A stretch of 64,000 nucleotides of DNA from Moniliella sp. 'wahieum' (GCA_003971905.1 RSEE01000121.1:62001-126000); one strand, 5' to 3'; counted from the stretch's first letter, positions 35,331 to 49,795 are shown. A program made the numbers and translations. The notes: generated by a model not told the origin, from the sequence alone.

Positions 35331-36786
35331 GAACGGTGGACCGTGGAACGGTGTGGGGCATCATCGATGGTTTCCCCGCAGCGCCAAAGGTGGTCCGTTG
35401 GCCCAGTGGCCATCTAGTGGCTGTGAGAGGGAAGATCCCCTTGCGACACGTGTCGATTACGGCAACACCATGGCCCTTCAGGAATTGGCACAAGTTGTTG
35501 GGCAGGGATTTCAGTGAAAAGGGTGTAGCGACGCACGTATGTCAGAGCGCAAACGAGCCGCAACAGTCTCTGCGATGCAGAAACGGATACAGCGGAGAGA
35601 GGGGCCAGAAGGAGTATCGAGTATACGCGGGAGCGAGATACAGGTGACGGGGAGGCAAAAATACAGGTGCCGCTACAAGAGGAAAAGAAAACATCCTGTG
35701 AGTAGATAGCAAGCTAACTGACGAAGATCTGGCCAGCCACGTGGCAACACCTGAGGCACTTTGGCCGCCGTCAGGCTCGCTCCTTTTGATCCTGTGGCAT
35801 TTACAGCTGGTGCTCACCCACTTTGGCAAGCCGGGTTTAGGTTTTAGATCTTAGGATTGATACGGGCGCGGCGAGCAGAGTACGCATGCGCTCTCGTTTG
35901 CTACTATAACTGCAAAATACCAATCCCACGAGGGGGTGTTTCCCTGTTTGCGATGACGAGGATGAGCAGATTGCGTGTCGCTTATTGTCCGTTCTAGGCC
36001 GCTGGGCTTGTCGTTGGGAGTGGCTGGCCGTCCAAGGTCCAAGATCCAAGTACTTGACAGGGCGGCGCCGACGCAATCACTTGTCAATGGAAGCTTGAAG
36101 CTTGAAGCTTGAAGCTGTACGTTACGTTCAGTACGTTCAGCGCTGATGCATGATGCATGATTGCGGGGACAGGACGCATCGCATGGGGCCAGTGTCAGCC
36201 CGATGCGTGCTGGCCGCGCAGCACGGCGCCACTGTGCCCATGCTGGGTGTCGTTTTGTTGGGGCAGGAACAACGCACGCTGATCCGACACTGGCGCTGTG
36301 CGGATGTGATGGTTTAGGTGCGTAGGGGCCAGTAGGCGAGTGTGGCTGCGGCGGCGGATACACTGCTTAGCGCTTGAGATTAAGGCATAGGACGTTCTGC
36401 GTTGCGTTTAGCGCTTAGTGCTTATACCCGCCTTGCCTCCGTCCGTTCCCTCGGTCGGCCCCATTCGTCTGCACTCGCCGGCCATCGTCTCGGCCTCCAC
36501 CGCCACCGCCACCACCGCCACCGCCACCACCGCCACACCACCACCGACGGCCTGTGCGTCGTTTGCGCTGACATTGGGCCACATCGACCCATCCGCCGTC
36601 CCATCCAACCCCAACACCACTCGGCCTGCCCAAGCGCTGCCCCAAACCAAATCGCCTCCGCCGCCGCGCCCCCAACCGCTGGGTATATTTTTATTTCAGT
36701 GAGCAACCACCTGCTGCAACCTGCTTCCTGCCCGTTCCTGTCCGCTCGCCATTCCGTTTGCCTGCCCCAACCACCACCGCCTGGCA

Positions 36787-39061
36787 TGCCCGCCTGTCCT
36801 TAGCCGCCACTTGCCTCCCCCCCCCCTCCCCCCGTATCCCCCAGTTGCTCCAACAGCCTTCCGTCCGCGCTGGCCTCCATCCTGGCCCACCCCATTCGCC
36901 GCCCCGCCGCCCGACGACGCGCTGCTGCCTTCGTACGAGCACGTCGTCCGCTCGCCCCGCCCTCGCACCCCTCCAAGCCCCGCTCGCTGCGTTCCCCCCG
37001 TCGATATCCGATGGCATGAGTCCCCCCCTCGGCTGCCGAGTGCACTGGGCTCGGCAGTCTGCACGCCTTGGTCCATGCCTGGTGCCTTTCTCTTGTTACT
37101 CCTCCGCATCGTATCCTCCTCACCATTTACTCGTCCGCCTTACTGCCCTCTCTCTATCGCAATTGCTCCGCATCATCCACCAAACCTTGGCCACGCTGGA
37201 CAATGCCGATCTGTCGCTTTGGCCAGGACCACCTTGCCCGCCCAGCAGCGATGGCGCGCATTGCCAGCTCCGAGACTGTGCGCTACTCCCAATCCACCCG
37301 CCGTCAACGGTTCGTGCAGCCAGCTCGTTGACGAGTAATCAAACTTGCACCAGTTGCTTCGTTCTGCCCGGTCGCGCGACGGCGTCTACGTCCATCACCA
37401 TCTCCACCAACCCGCGCGGATACGGCCTTGCACCCACCAGCCGGCGCATGGCCGTCTCGGAGAGCGCCTGGGTCTCTCGTTCGAGACTTGGCCCGAGCAA
37501 GGGCTGGAAGAGATGGAGGATGCCTCGCGCCCGTCAGGAGCGAGGACCCCCCCGCGCAGAGGTCGACGAGTACGAGGACGAGTACGACGAACCGCAAGAT
37601 ACGTTGGCGCGCAAGCTGGCGCACATGGCGCTCGAGGCACAGGCGCAGCTCGACCGTCGTCTGCCCAGGGCGACATTAGTGCCGACGGCACGTTTACCGC
37701 GTTGAGCCGATCGGACTTGGACCTGGATTCGTCCGACGAGTCGCGCGGCGCGGCCGACGCGACTGCCACGCCAGTCCCGGACCTTGTCGCCATCACCTCC
37801 ACCGACCCCACCACGGCACTGTCCACCACCCCAATGACGGTCCGCATGCGTGGGGCGGCTGTCCCCGTGCGCATCCCCCTCCCCCGCCTCGCCATGAGAA
37901 CGAATACTTCCCAATCCACGCTTCCTCTCGACGAATTCCTGGCGCCTTCGTCCGTACCGCTACGGGATCGGCCTCGGCCCGGCGTAGCTGCTGCTTCGAC
38001 TTCGATTTGCAGCGCTCGCGGGGCAGTTCACGCTGTGGCAGCAGCCCCGGGCTCGACGGGAGCGATCGCGTGCCTTCTTCTGAAGCCGGGTCGATGACCA
38101 GCCACGACTCGCACCCCGGCTCGAGCAGTACCGGCCGGGACGGAAGGTGCAGTGGTCGAGCCCAACTGGGCGCCGTACGTCGAGTCGCACGTGCGAGCTC
38201 GTGCGCATGTGCAGCTCAGCACGTTACTCGAAGAGGCGCGTGCGGAGCGGAGGAACCACACACCACACACGATCCGATCCGACTTGCACCTCACCGCCCT
38301 CTCGGCCCATGCGGCACATACCTCCCAGCATGCCTCGCGCCACGCGCGCTCTCACACCCAAGCCTCTGTGCTCACGGATGTCGTGACCGCGCATCAGTCG
38401 CGTCGGACAAGACGTTGACCCGTCCCGTTGACGCTGGTGCGGACGCCGCGCCGCACGACGTCACACCTACCCCCACCTGCCCACGCATACGTATTCGCCC
38501 CTCGTCCATTGCTTCGGCTGGCTCGCTGGGCACAGCCTCCGTCTCTACGGCCACCTCCTCCTTGACCCCGACGGACGAGCAAGCGCAAGCGCAAGCGCAA
38601 TCACAACCACAACCACAAGAACAAGAACCAGAGCAAGACGAGATACGTCGCTGTACTTTGAAACGCTTTACCCGGTACGGCCGCGAGCAAGCAATGGGAC
38701 TTTCGGAAGAACCCGCCGGCTGCTGCTCCGCCACTGGAGGCGTTGGCTGAGATCCTGTTTGCTCCGTCGAGCCCCGTGCGGCTGGGGTCCGAGTCGCTCG
38801 GGTCGCTCGGGTCGGTTGGGTCCACTCGCTCGGTCAGCTCGGTGGGATCGAGCAGGTCCAGGTCCGCCCGCGCTCCGCTTCGGCACGTATCCTCTCCCGC
38901 GCTGGAACCGCGTCGGCGGTCCTGCGTGCCCGCTCGACCGGATTGGGATTGGGCATGGGAGTGGATACGAAGGATATGCCTACCCCGTCCAGCTCACCAC
39001 GGGAAGAGAGTGGGTCGCAACAAGCCCGTCGGTCCCACCGCCATCCTCGTCGGTGAGCTAG
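36787..39061 (+). CDS. Probable hypothetical low-complexity protein (frameshifted; limits uncertain)
   Basis: Chain of overlapping plus-strand ORFs with coding-like segments (DALLPSYEHVVRS; EYEDEYDEPQDTLARKLAHMALEAQ; EIRRCTLKRF); no family recognised. Confidence 0.35.
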
Positions 39062-39728
39062 AAGTGAGCGGGTCCCGTTTCCCTCTCTACTTTCCTTTTT
39101 TGATACCTCCCTTTACCCCTTACCTTTCCTATCCTATCCTTCCCTCCTCCCTCCACCCTCGAATAGCATTGGCTGTATTACTATCCCGTTTCAGGGTGCA
39201 TGGGCGCCGGTTCCGTCCACCCCTTTCTCCCTTGTCTGTGTTGGGTCGGATCGCGCGGCCAGTGTGCGGCTGGGGGGTGGGCCACTTGACAAGGGCGTGG
39301 GTGCGTAGGCAGGTGTTATGTTGTTGTGGCGCGTGGCAATCTGCAATGGTGGCCCACGGCACGGGAAGAAGGCACGATGGGATGGTCGGCCCCAAGCGTG
39401 GGACGCGGCAGGCGGCCCGGACGGGAGTTGGGGTTGGATGCCAGCTGCAAAGGCACGTGACGTGGTCCAGCGGTGCAAGTTGCAAGTTGCAAGGTGAAAG
39501 TTGAAATGGGAGAGGCGGCCAACGCCAAGCTGCGCAGGGCGCGTGAAGCGCTCAGCGCGCCCAGGCCGAGCATGTCCATGTCGCGCAATCGATGATTCAA
39601 TTCATGGACTGGGTGGATGGCTGGATCATGGCCGGCAAGCGCACGCGCACGCTTCCCAGGGTAGCGTGGTCCCAGTCAGAGAGAGAGCGGATGGGGCCGA
39701 GGTGGGACGGGGGGTAACCGGTAACATG

Positions 39729-39804
39729 GCAACAGGTAGCAGGTACCAGGCAACAGGTAGCAGGTACCAGGCAACAGGTAGCAGGTACCAGGCAACAGGT
39801 AGCA
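39729..39804 (+). repeat. 21-bp minisatellite made of three related heptamers (CAGGTAG CAGGTAC CAGGCAA), about 3.5 copies
   Basis: Directly visible tandem repeat. Confidence 0.9.
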
Positions 39805-40289
39805 GTGTGCCTGCGTGTGCTGGGCAGGAGGGCGAGAGGGTGGGACCTACATCACACCGTTTCACGCTTCACAGGAGTGCGCATCCTGCGTGCGATGGCT
39901 GCGGATGGTGTGGATGAGGGATGGATGGACAGAGGGAAGGATGCGGCGGACATGCGACGACGGAGGCGTGTGGGTAACTCCAAGGGTGCTGTGCTGTGCT
40001 GTGCTGTGCTGCGCTGTGCTGCGCGGCTGCGCCCCCCCAGGCCCCCCCTTGATCGCATCACCGACCCGTGGTCGCCGATCGCTGATCTTACCTCATTGAA
40101 GATGGAATCCGCGTGGGATCATGCATCGTGCGCATCATGCATCACCCCCCCGGCCGTGCGCTCATCCGTCGCGGTGGCGATGGGCGTGGCGGTGGCGGTG
40201 GCGGCGGCGGCGGCGCAGGCGCGGGACGCAGCTGGGTTCGCCACCTCCACCTCCATCTGCGTCCCGCCACCTCCGTCTGCGTGCGCACC

Positions 40290-43200
40290 ATGTACGCCGC
40301 CGAGCCGCCGGCGCTGTGGGCTGCTGACCGCCACCATCCGCCCCGCTGGTCGCCCGAGGCAGCCGGCTATGACGGCCAGCTGCCGCCCAGCCCGCCCGCC
40401 GCTCCGCCCACCCGCGTCTCGCCCCGGGCACCACCGCCGCCGCCACCGCCACCGCCACCGCCGCCGGCGCCCCGCCCGAGCGGCGCAAACGCAACCGCTT
40501 GACCTTGAGCTGCACCCACTGCCGGTACGTTGTCCGTTTCCTGCCCCTCGCTTGTCCCGCTGCGCGCATAGTCAGTAGGCGGTGCGCTGCGCCCTGCGCA
40601 TCTGCGCGGCCTGGAGACTGGAGTTTGGACATTGGAGACTGGAGACTGGAGACTGGATGGCCAAGATACTGACTACCCTCCCCCAGCGAGCGCAAGATCA
40701 AATGCTCGCGCCGCACCCCTGCGACCAATGCTGCAAGCGCGGCGAGGCCCAGTCGTGCCGCATTGTTCCCTACAAGCACAAGGCATCCCAGCTGCTTCCC
40801 GACCCGACGACTCCGACGAGGTCGACGACGCCAACGACGCTGACGACGCCATCCCGCCGAAGAGCCTTCTGACCTAGCCCATTGGCCAGCCCCTTCGCCC
40901 CGCGTCCGCCGTGGCGAGCGTCGTGGGACACGCCCTCGGCGCCGCCGCCACCGCTGCCGCCGCGTTCCCCCTGCCTGCAACGATCGCCCAGCGCAGCCCT
41001 ACCACCCCGGCCCCCTCGCCCGCGCCAGCGCACAAGGGACACCACCATCACTCTTCGCCGCCCCAGCAAGCCGAGTCCGACGGACGCGTCGCGTGGCAAA
41101 CCGGCGGGCCAGGTCTCACATCGCCCGCGATCCAGCTTCGAACGGTGCCTCCTTGGCCCCCCCAGCGCAGCCGCGGGGCAACTGGCACGGCGCAGGCCGG
41201 TGCGCCGTTCGTCCCGCCGCCCGTCCCGCTCGTCCCCCCGCAACCGACCGACCGAGCTGGCCTTGGCCAAGGCTCGCTCACCGAGTTGGAGGAGCGCTTG
41301 GCCGCGATGGAGATGGAGCGCACGACCGAGCGAGCGCGAATGAGCAGCAAGTCAATGCCCAATGTTCCCTCGCTGTCGACGCTCTTGGCCCGCACCGGTC
41401 TGTCCGAGTACAAGGTGGCTACGCGTGGACGGCCTAAAAAACAGCGCCCGCGCCCGCGGGCGCAAGACGAACGTTCGTCCGACGTCGACAATGCGGCTAC
41501 AGTGTTGGAGGATGTGGCGCTGTTTGGGGCTCCGAACGTGCGCCCCGATAGCACGACGCTTTCGGTGGTGCACCACGTGCCGCAGCAGAGACAAGACGGC
41601 ACAGCTTCTCCCCGCCGACCACGTGCCTACCGCTGCCTGCTCCGTCGAGACGTGCCCCGATTGCCGCGAACACGCCGAGGCATCAGAAAACGCCAACATG
41701 CTCGCAGCTCTCCCGTCCATCGACTTGCTCGACCCACGCCGGATCGATGCGTTTGGTCCTAAGGAGGAGGACCTCCGCCCGTTCCCTCTTCGCCCATGCT
41801 GTTACCGGCTCCTCTTCTACCAGACTGTCATCCCCCGGGGACGGCACGACGGCACCCATCCGCCCCCCCGCCGCCCCCGCTCAGTCCGCCGGTCCCCACT
41901 ACGGCGCGGGGGAGTCGGACCAACAGGGCGCTGACCACCGCCCAGTGCCATGACCCCCTTTGGGGCCTATGCCGAGTCGGCCAAGATGGCCGTCGCCAAC
42001 AGGGGTCTGTTTCGTCTCAAGCAGGGGCCCGACACGCTGTTGGGGTGGGGGTTGGGATGGGCGTTCAGTGCGGCCGAGGTGGCGGGCGAATTTCAATCCA
42101 TTACCAATGTCAGCCCGTTTCTGTGTCCCGGTGCGCCGGAACGCGAGTCGGTGTTGCGGAGCATCCTGCGCACCTTGCCGCCCAAGCCAATTACGCTCCA
42201 GCTGATCGATGTGTACCGCACGCGCGTGTGTTACCTGACGGGGCATGTGGTTCATATCCCTCGCTGTTGCGTGAAGTGGACGGCTGTTTGATCTGGGCTC
42301 GGTGGAAAAGCAAGCGCGGATTGTCAACCATCTCGACCCGGGATGGTTGGCGTTGCTGATGGTCCTGTGCTGGGCATGCAATTTTACCCCAACCCAGGCC
42401 AGGTGCCTGCGCACTACAGCAACATCACTTTCCTCTTTGATGGCCGCACTGTCCACACGTGGTACTCGGCCTTCAAGACGACCCTGATCTTGTCGGACTA
42501 CATGGCGAGCCAGAGTGTGACTGTGCTTCAGTCCATCCTGCTCGCCGAGCTGTACAGCGCCGAGTGCGACAAGGAACAGGCCACCTTGATGCAAATTGCC
42601 ATCCGCACCGCGTACGACATGGGCCTTCACCGACTTGGTGACCAGCACCGTCTGCCCCAGCCAGGCGAGGCAGCAGGCACAGTCATCCTGCGCCAAACGT
42701 ATTGCCGGGTATGGTGGGCGCTGGTCTGGCGCGACTGGTGTGCGTCCGAGACGACAGGCACATACACCATTCAGCGCAATTCGTTCAACACCCCGTTGCC
42801 GGGCAACTACAACGATGCGGACCTGTGCTCGGCGCGCGTACCACCGCCGCACAAGGACACGGTGCACACGGAAATGTCCTACGTGCTATCCCAGCTGGTC
42901 TTGGCCGATGTGGTGCGCGAGACGACCGACTTGCTCAACCAGCGCGACAAGCAAGGTGCCAACGACGGATCTACCCGCCGTCTGACCCTGGCCGACACGG
43001 CGCGCCTCGACGCGCGCTACCGCTGCCTCTTGTCCAGTCTGCCGCCGTACTTTTCCTCCTTGGACGGTTTGCATGCGGGGGCGGTGGCGGCCGAGCCGGG
43101 GACGGACGTGGCGGTGCAGCGGTGGCTGTTGCACCAAGCCGTGTTTTCCAAGCTGCTGCGCTTGCACCGGGTCAAGTTATCGTCGGACGTGCAAGGGCGC

Positions 43201-44543
43201 GGGATCTGTGTGCGGCTGGCACGGTCCCTGTTGGCCATGCAGCGCCAGTTGCGCGCCGTGGCAACGGGCACGATTGTAGATCGGCTCTGGTTCATCTTGC
43301 TCCAGTCGTTCAATGCGGCGGTAGTGCTGCTGCTGGATCTGTTGGCGTCGCCGCCGTCGGACGAGGCGGAGCGGCATCAGACACTTACCGATGTCCAAGA
43401 AGCCGTTGGCGCATTGCACTTGGTCCGCCACACGTCGCCCTACGTCGTCGCTCGCTCCTTGGCCATCCTGCGCGCTATGCAAGCCGCCGAAGCCGCCCAG
43501 TGGCGCCGCCACCTCGACCGGGCAGGCGAGCCGGCCACGTCCAACCCACTCAAACGCCGTCGGTCCGAACAGATCAACGTGCTCAACCTCGCCTTGCGCA
43601 TCAAGCAGGCCGTCACCGCCGATACACACACTGTCCCGCTGTGCGAGTACGAGGATGCGTACGAAAATGAGGACGAACTGGAGCAGGCCCCCGCGGCTAC
43701 CGCCGCCCCCGCCGCCCCCATGGACTTCACCGATCCTACCTCCGCGCTCCATCCTACCATGGTGGCGGGCATGTTGGCCGGTCGCGCTCCAGGCGACAGC
43801 GCAGCGACGCGCGCCCGGGACGCCGGACTGCCCACCACGGCCGATTTCCCCTACTTGATCGGTCCGCCGCCGGGGCAAGGTCCATTGGAGGTGCCTGCGA
43901 TCGGGCCGAACGGTACAGCGCTCTCGCTCTCGCCTGGGCCCGGCTTGAGCGGGGTGCAAGCCTGCTCTGCTTCTGACCCTGCCTCTGCCGCTGGTTCGTC
44001 TTCGTGCGATCCGGCTCGCGGCCAGTTCGATTTGCCCAGTTTTGTTGCCTCGTACCAATTGGCTTTGGCCGCGTGCGAGACCGAGCCGTCGCCCAGCTCG
44101 TCAGGCGGGACTGACCCTTCGTCGCAGACTTTCTCGGTCTCGCTCCCCTCGGGCTCGGCGGGCACATGGGACGGCAACGGCACACCAGACCAGCCCCGCA
44201 CATCGCTCGATACGGTCGCGACCGATCCTAGCTTGGGCTTTCCCCCGTTCGGAGCGGGAGCAGGCGCAGCCGCATGCACCGGTACAGGCACAGGTTCAGG
44301 TGGGGACGTGCACAGCACCTCGACGGCCGATCTGTTCTTTGAGTGGATTGCCAACCAAGGCGTTGGCACACAAGGCGACCTCCTGGGCCTCCCGCCGCCC
44401 GGCTTGGATGGCACGGCACCTCTCCCGCTGCTGAGCCACAGCTTTCGCCCCCACCCGCGGAGGACTCTGGCCTGGCCACCGCGCCGCCCGGATTCGATTC
44501 CTGGTTCGCCACCAGTCTCCAGCACTTTTGTACCGACGCGTAA
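40290..44543 (+). CDS. Zn(II)2Cys6 fungal transcription factor with Fungal_trans domain; intron about 40525-40688
   Basis: RKRNRLTLSCTHCR|..RKIKCS..PCDQCCKRGEAQSC; AIRTAYDMGLHRLG..RVWWALVWRDW..NTPLPGNYND. Contains an in-frame TAG at 40875-40877. Confidence 0.88.
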
Positions 44544-45342
44544 CCATGCGCGTACGCTTGTTTGTTTGCTTGCTTAGGTGCGCGGTTGGGTTCCCTTGGG
44601 TCGGAGCCTGAGCGTCAGGCTTGAGCCTCAGTCTCAGGCCTCAGGTTGTTGTTCTTTTTGTTGTTTTGGGTTTTGGCTTTGTTAAGATCTCGAGTTCCGC
44701 GTTTCGAGCTTCGTTGGTGCTTCACTTCATAGGTTTCCTCGTCCCTTCCTCTCTCCTTTCTTCTACCTCCCCCGAGCGTGTGTTTCCCTGTCCATGGTAA
44801 TCAATTGGGCGTAACGAGACGAGAAAATGCAGTTCGATCACCGGACGTCCATTCTCGAACTGTAGCTTCGTTTGCCCTCCTGCTCGGTCTCGTAGAGGCG
44901 GTACAGGTGGTGGAGACGGTGAGCAAGTGAGAGCCGGCCAAGCTTCACAAATGGTGGCAACCTCGAGCTGGATGGCAGACAAACTATAATCAGATACGCC
45001 CCCGCTCCTTGGTTGGAACACCTTTTCAGGCGACAGGCAAGACTGGGGTATTCAGATTCCGATTCAGCCCGTGGGTAAATTTCTTCCTCGGCCATCGCAG
45101 CCCGAGGCCGATGCGATGAGCCTCACCGATTTGATGACCCACCCCGAGCCGATCAGGTCATTCTTCGCTCGTCCGGCACCGCTCATATTCCTGGCCACCT
45201 CCACCTCCACCTCCGCCACCGCCACCGCCACCTTCGCCACCGCCACCTCCACTACCACCACCACCGCCACCACCACCGCCACCTCTTTCCCTGCGATGCG
45301 CGTGCCCCCCGCGCATGTGGGCGCCCGCCGCTGGCCCCGCAT

Positions 45343-47742
45343 ATGCGCCCCCTGCGCCACATCCTCCCCCCCACCCGCTTGGCCCCCGGCCGCTTGCCTA
45401 GGCCCCTTCCCCTCGGGCTCCGGCCACCGGTCGCTGGGCTGGGCATCAGGTTAGCCTCCACCCGCTCCACCCTCCCCCCCGCCCCTGCCTCCACCCCGAC
45501 GCGAGCCTCGCCCGATTCGGCTCCCGATTCGGCAGCGGAAAAGAAGCCCGAGGTGAAAACGGAGGCCAACAGGGTGGGTGTGCTGGGTCGGATCTGGCCC
45601 AACTGCGCCCATCGGGCGGCAAGCCGTACGGCACCCCAAGAGCCGTACCCTGCCTTGAGCAAGATGTGAAAGCTAGCTGCGACGCAGAAGCGCACCCTTC
45701 TCCTCGCCTTTTGCTCCTGCTCGTCTCGTCCGGCGTGACGCTCACTGTTCCGGCTGTGATTGGTCGCCTGATCGATTTGTTTGCCAGCGACGACACGCAC
45801 GCCTTTTGGGGACTGACGTTCAACCAGATTGCTCCGTTGCTGGTCGTTGTATTTGCGATTGGGGCCGCGTCCAAGGCCGGGAGCAACATCTTGCTGGACA
45901 TGTCGGCCATTCGGCTGATCCAAAACCTGCGGCGCAAGAGTTTCGCCTCGGCGCTGCGACAAGATGTCGAATGGGCCGATAAGCATGCGGGCGATGTGTG
46001 AGTCGGCTCAGTGTCGACACGTCGATTGTTGGTGACAGTCTGACGTGCGATGTGGGCGATGGACTGCGCGCGGCCGTCACGGTCGTCGCGGCGGGCTCGG
46101 CAATGCTGTGGATTTCGACCGACATAACTTTCCTCATGCTCGGCATCATCCCGCCTGCTGCGATCGGAGCCGTGTGGTACGGCCGCTACATTCGTGGCCT
46201 CACCCACAAAACCCAAGATGCAGTAGGACGAATGACCGATGTCGCACAAGAACGGTTGTCCCCAGCCGCGTTTCGTACCATCACAGCGTACAATGCGCAG
46301 CCTCGCGAAGTTACTCGCCTATCGCGGTCGATCCAGGACATTGTCAGCTTGCAGGTGACCAGAGGCCAAGGCGACCGGCTACTTTTACGCCGGCACGGGC
46401 TTTGTTGGCAACTGTGCCATCCTCACCTTGCTCGCCTATGGTGGCTCCTTGGTCGCCAAGGGCGTGCTAACCACGGGCGATCTGACATCGCTGATGATGT
46501 ACACGGCGTACCTGGGTGGTGGCCTGGCCAACCTGACCGGCTTTTTCGCCAGCATCATGAAGGGCATGGGAGCTGGTGCGCGCGTGTTTGCTCTGATGGA
46601 GCGGGAACCGCAGATTCAGTCGGGAAAACGACTCGAGGTACCTGACCGCACCCATCCCACCATCGAGTTCCGCAACGTCGACTTTGCTTACCCCAGCCGG
46701 CCCGACCGCCCGATCCTGAACGACTTTAGCCTGACCGTTCGACCTGGGACCAGTGTCGCGCTGGTAGGCGCGTCGGGCGTGGGCAAAAGTTCGGTTCACT
46801 CCCTCGTTCTCCGCCTCTACGATCCCGATCGGGGCGAGGTCCGCGTGGCCGGACACGACGTGAAGGAGTACGAGTTGGACTCGCTGCGTAGTGTTTGGTG
46901 TGGTGGGGCAAGATCCGGTACGTGTTCTGGCCTTTTTTTGTCCTTTTTTTACGGGGGGGAGGAAGGTTGTTGTGGTTGGGGAGGAATGCTAACTACCAAG
47001 TGGGCTTGGACAGGTCATGTTTGAGGGCACGATTGCCGAGAACATTGCCTATTCTCGTCCGGGCGCGAGCCAGGCTGAGATTGAGCAAGCGGCCGATGCG
47101 GCGAATTGCATGGACTTTATTCGTGCCCTGCCCGATGGCTTGGCCACCAATGCGCGCCAACTGTCCGGGGGGCAACGGCAACGAATCAGCATTGCGCGAT
47201 CGCTGTTGCGTGGCGCACCGATCTTGTTGATGGACGAGGCGACTTCGGCTCTGGACACCAACTCGGAACATTTGATCAACAGCACCATCCAACGCATTGT
47301 CGAGACGGGCCAAGCCACAGTCTGGATCATTGCCCATCGCTTGTCGACGATCAAGTCGGCCGACGTGATTGTCCTGCTGGACCAAGGCCGCGTGGCTGAA
47401 ATGGGCAGTTTCCAACAACTCAACGTACCAGGCAGCCAGTTTGAGCGCCTCATCCGCGCCCAGCTCACCGACTCGGACAAGGAAGTTGACCAGGAGCCCC
47501 AGGACGACCTCGATGAGCTTGACGCCGAGGGAACCCACGATGCTCAACGCGCTTTGTCCCAGAGCGTCGCTCATTCTTCCTACCTCGAGGCGTCCGAGGA
47601 AGCACGGCGACACCATGACCACACTGCAGCCAACCTGGCCGAATCGGTATCGAGGTTGTCTGATTCCCAGCCGTTGCATGGCCGACACGAAGGGGAGCGC
47701 CGCACCTCGGATCGGCTTGCCGGCGGCCAAGATCACCCATAA
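45343..47742 (+). CDS. MDL1: Mitochondrial ABC half-transporter, MDL1/ABCB10 type; intron 46918-47013
   Basis: Presequence MRPLRHILPPTRLAPGRL..RLAST; VSSGVTLTVPAVIGRLID; SRLSVDT; FAYPSRP; Walker A GASGVGKS; LSGGQRQRI; LLMDEATSALD; IAHRLST. Confidence 0.88.
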
Positions 47743-49795
47743 GCATCCTTTCACTTCTCTCTCTGCACTACTGTACTAGACATGGCATTCGCTACTTGCT
47801 TTCGCTTCCAGGTTGACTCAATGCTTATGATCTGTATCCCATAGTCGATCAAATGGTAGGCTGCGTTGCACTGGCTTGCGCGTTTCCCAACATGGACCTG
47901 TGCCCGGTTCTTCCAGTCAATCCCCTTTGGTGCTTGTCCGACTGCTCTGGCGGCACCCCGTCCAAATGATGTCAAAGGACGTGCCTTGGAGATCGCGCGG
48001 CCGAGAGGGAGAAGGAAAGGCCGCCGTGGCGAGCGACGACCGCCATCCATCGGATCGACGAGAGAGCGTCAAAAGGACGCTCCCCAATCTGGAGAACGCA
48101 GGCATGATATCAAGTCGAGTCTCGCCCCGGATTCGTGCCGCCTACTACTTACTACTTCGTACGTAAGGGTGCAAGGCACAGTGGAACCAAGTGGTAGTAG
48201 TCGTAGATACGCCATCAGCATTGCCCAAGGCCAAAAAACAGCCAAGTCCTAGGTGGATGTCTAGTAGGGCAGATGCATCCCAATCCCGGACCACTGCAAC
48301 CAATGCATCCTTGAGTGGCATTTTTGTTTTTCATCTGGCCATGACTGCATCGCTTGAAAGGTCACTTGTGTATACGATATCGTGGTCGAGGATGCGGACG
48401 TGCCAAAAGGTGGAAAGGATGGGAAAGGGGGGGACTGGACTCCGCGACAATAAAAGGTGGTAGGGGAAAGCGAGGGCAAGAATGGTTCCCATCATGAAAT
48501 TAAGGGAGGGAGAGAGAGGGGGAGAAGACGCCGAAGACACGGAATCAGTGGTAGTACACTAGCTTCAGAGAGACCGTAAGGAAAGAACCTAGGCAGGCCC
48601 GTCAAACACGGCCGCGACAACGAGGCGGCGACCAGGCTCAAGGTAGAGCAAGTATATAGTGCTCCTCCACTGCCCCTGCCAGCTTTTGGCCGGGCAGCCG
48701 CGGTTGGGCCAGTACCGTCGCCCGTGTTGTTGATCCCGAACATCTCTTCGGGGTAGTTGGGGCGGTGGACGCCAGGGAGCGCCGTAAAGAGCCCATCGGC
48801 TGCCGGGGGCCTTGAACTGTGCCGGTTTGCTCGGGTTCGCCCAAAAACGTTATCTCAAGCGACCCTGGTCTGCACGCGCCCCACCCTCACGCTCCGCTTG
48901 TCGCGTTCCAGCTCTTCTTCGATGGTCTGCTCCAGTACTTTATAAGGGTCCCATTCAGGACCTTGGAACAGTGGTCGCAGCTTCTTCTTCCACGGACGAT
49001 ATTTGGTGCGGTAAACACCTCTTCCTGCTTGGTACCTCGACATGATCGACCGTGCCCTGAGACGTAGTCCATCTTATCGACATGTTGAGCAGTGTCGGTG
49101 GGAGAGGGACCTTTAGCCCCATCGGGCAGGATGGGGGCAAGAGACGCACATCGTTTGTCTATCGCTTGGCACAGGCACAGACGATCGATCGGGACGTCTA
49201 CTAATCGCTCCCTTCGTCGGACACATCACCTCCAGCGCAGCTGCTTGCCAATGCGTCTTGCTCGGTTGCATCCCAACCCGCCCCAGTGCACGTGACACCC
49301 CACGTGATAGGCCGATCGGCGGGCGGGGAGTAAGCGCCGCCGATTTGCAACATTGCACCGAGCGGTGCAGGTGACGCATGCAGTCTGCCGCAACGCGAGG
49401 GGGTGCATGATCGATCAGCGCGCAGCTGGAGCGGCCCAGTGCCAGGAGGCGCCTGGGTGCGCAGCGCACGGCCAGAGCTGCCAACCGCCGCCGTGCCTGC
49501 GTACGGGGGGAGGCGCCACGCCAGTGCTGGGCGAAAGGCGTGGGGTGGAAGACAGCGCAGGGGCAGTGTGGCGGCGGCTGTGCCAGACGGTGCCTGGTTC
49601 GTGTGCCTGTGCCGCGCGATGCGGCTGCAGGGGGCAAGCAATATGCACGTCCCCTGCAGGCGCCTGATTATCATCACCCATCAATGCGTCCGCCCGCCCG
49701 CACCACACCGCACGCCACCGCCGCATCACCGCCCCATGCGGTCCGTCCACCCTAATCTCTCGCGGCCCCCCCCCCCACCACCACTTCTCCCTCCC

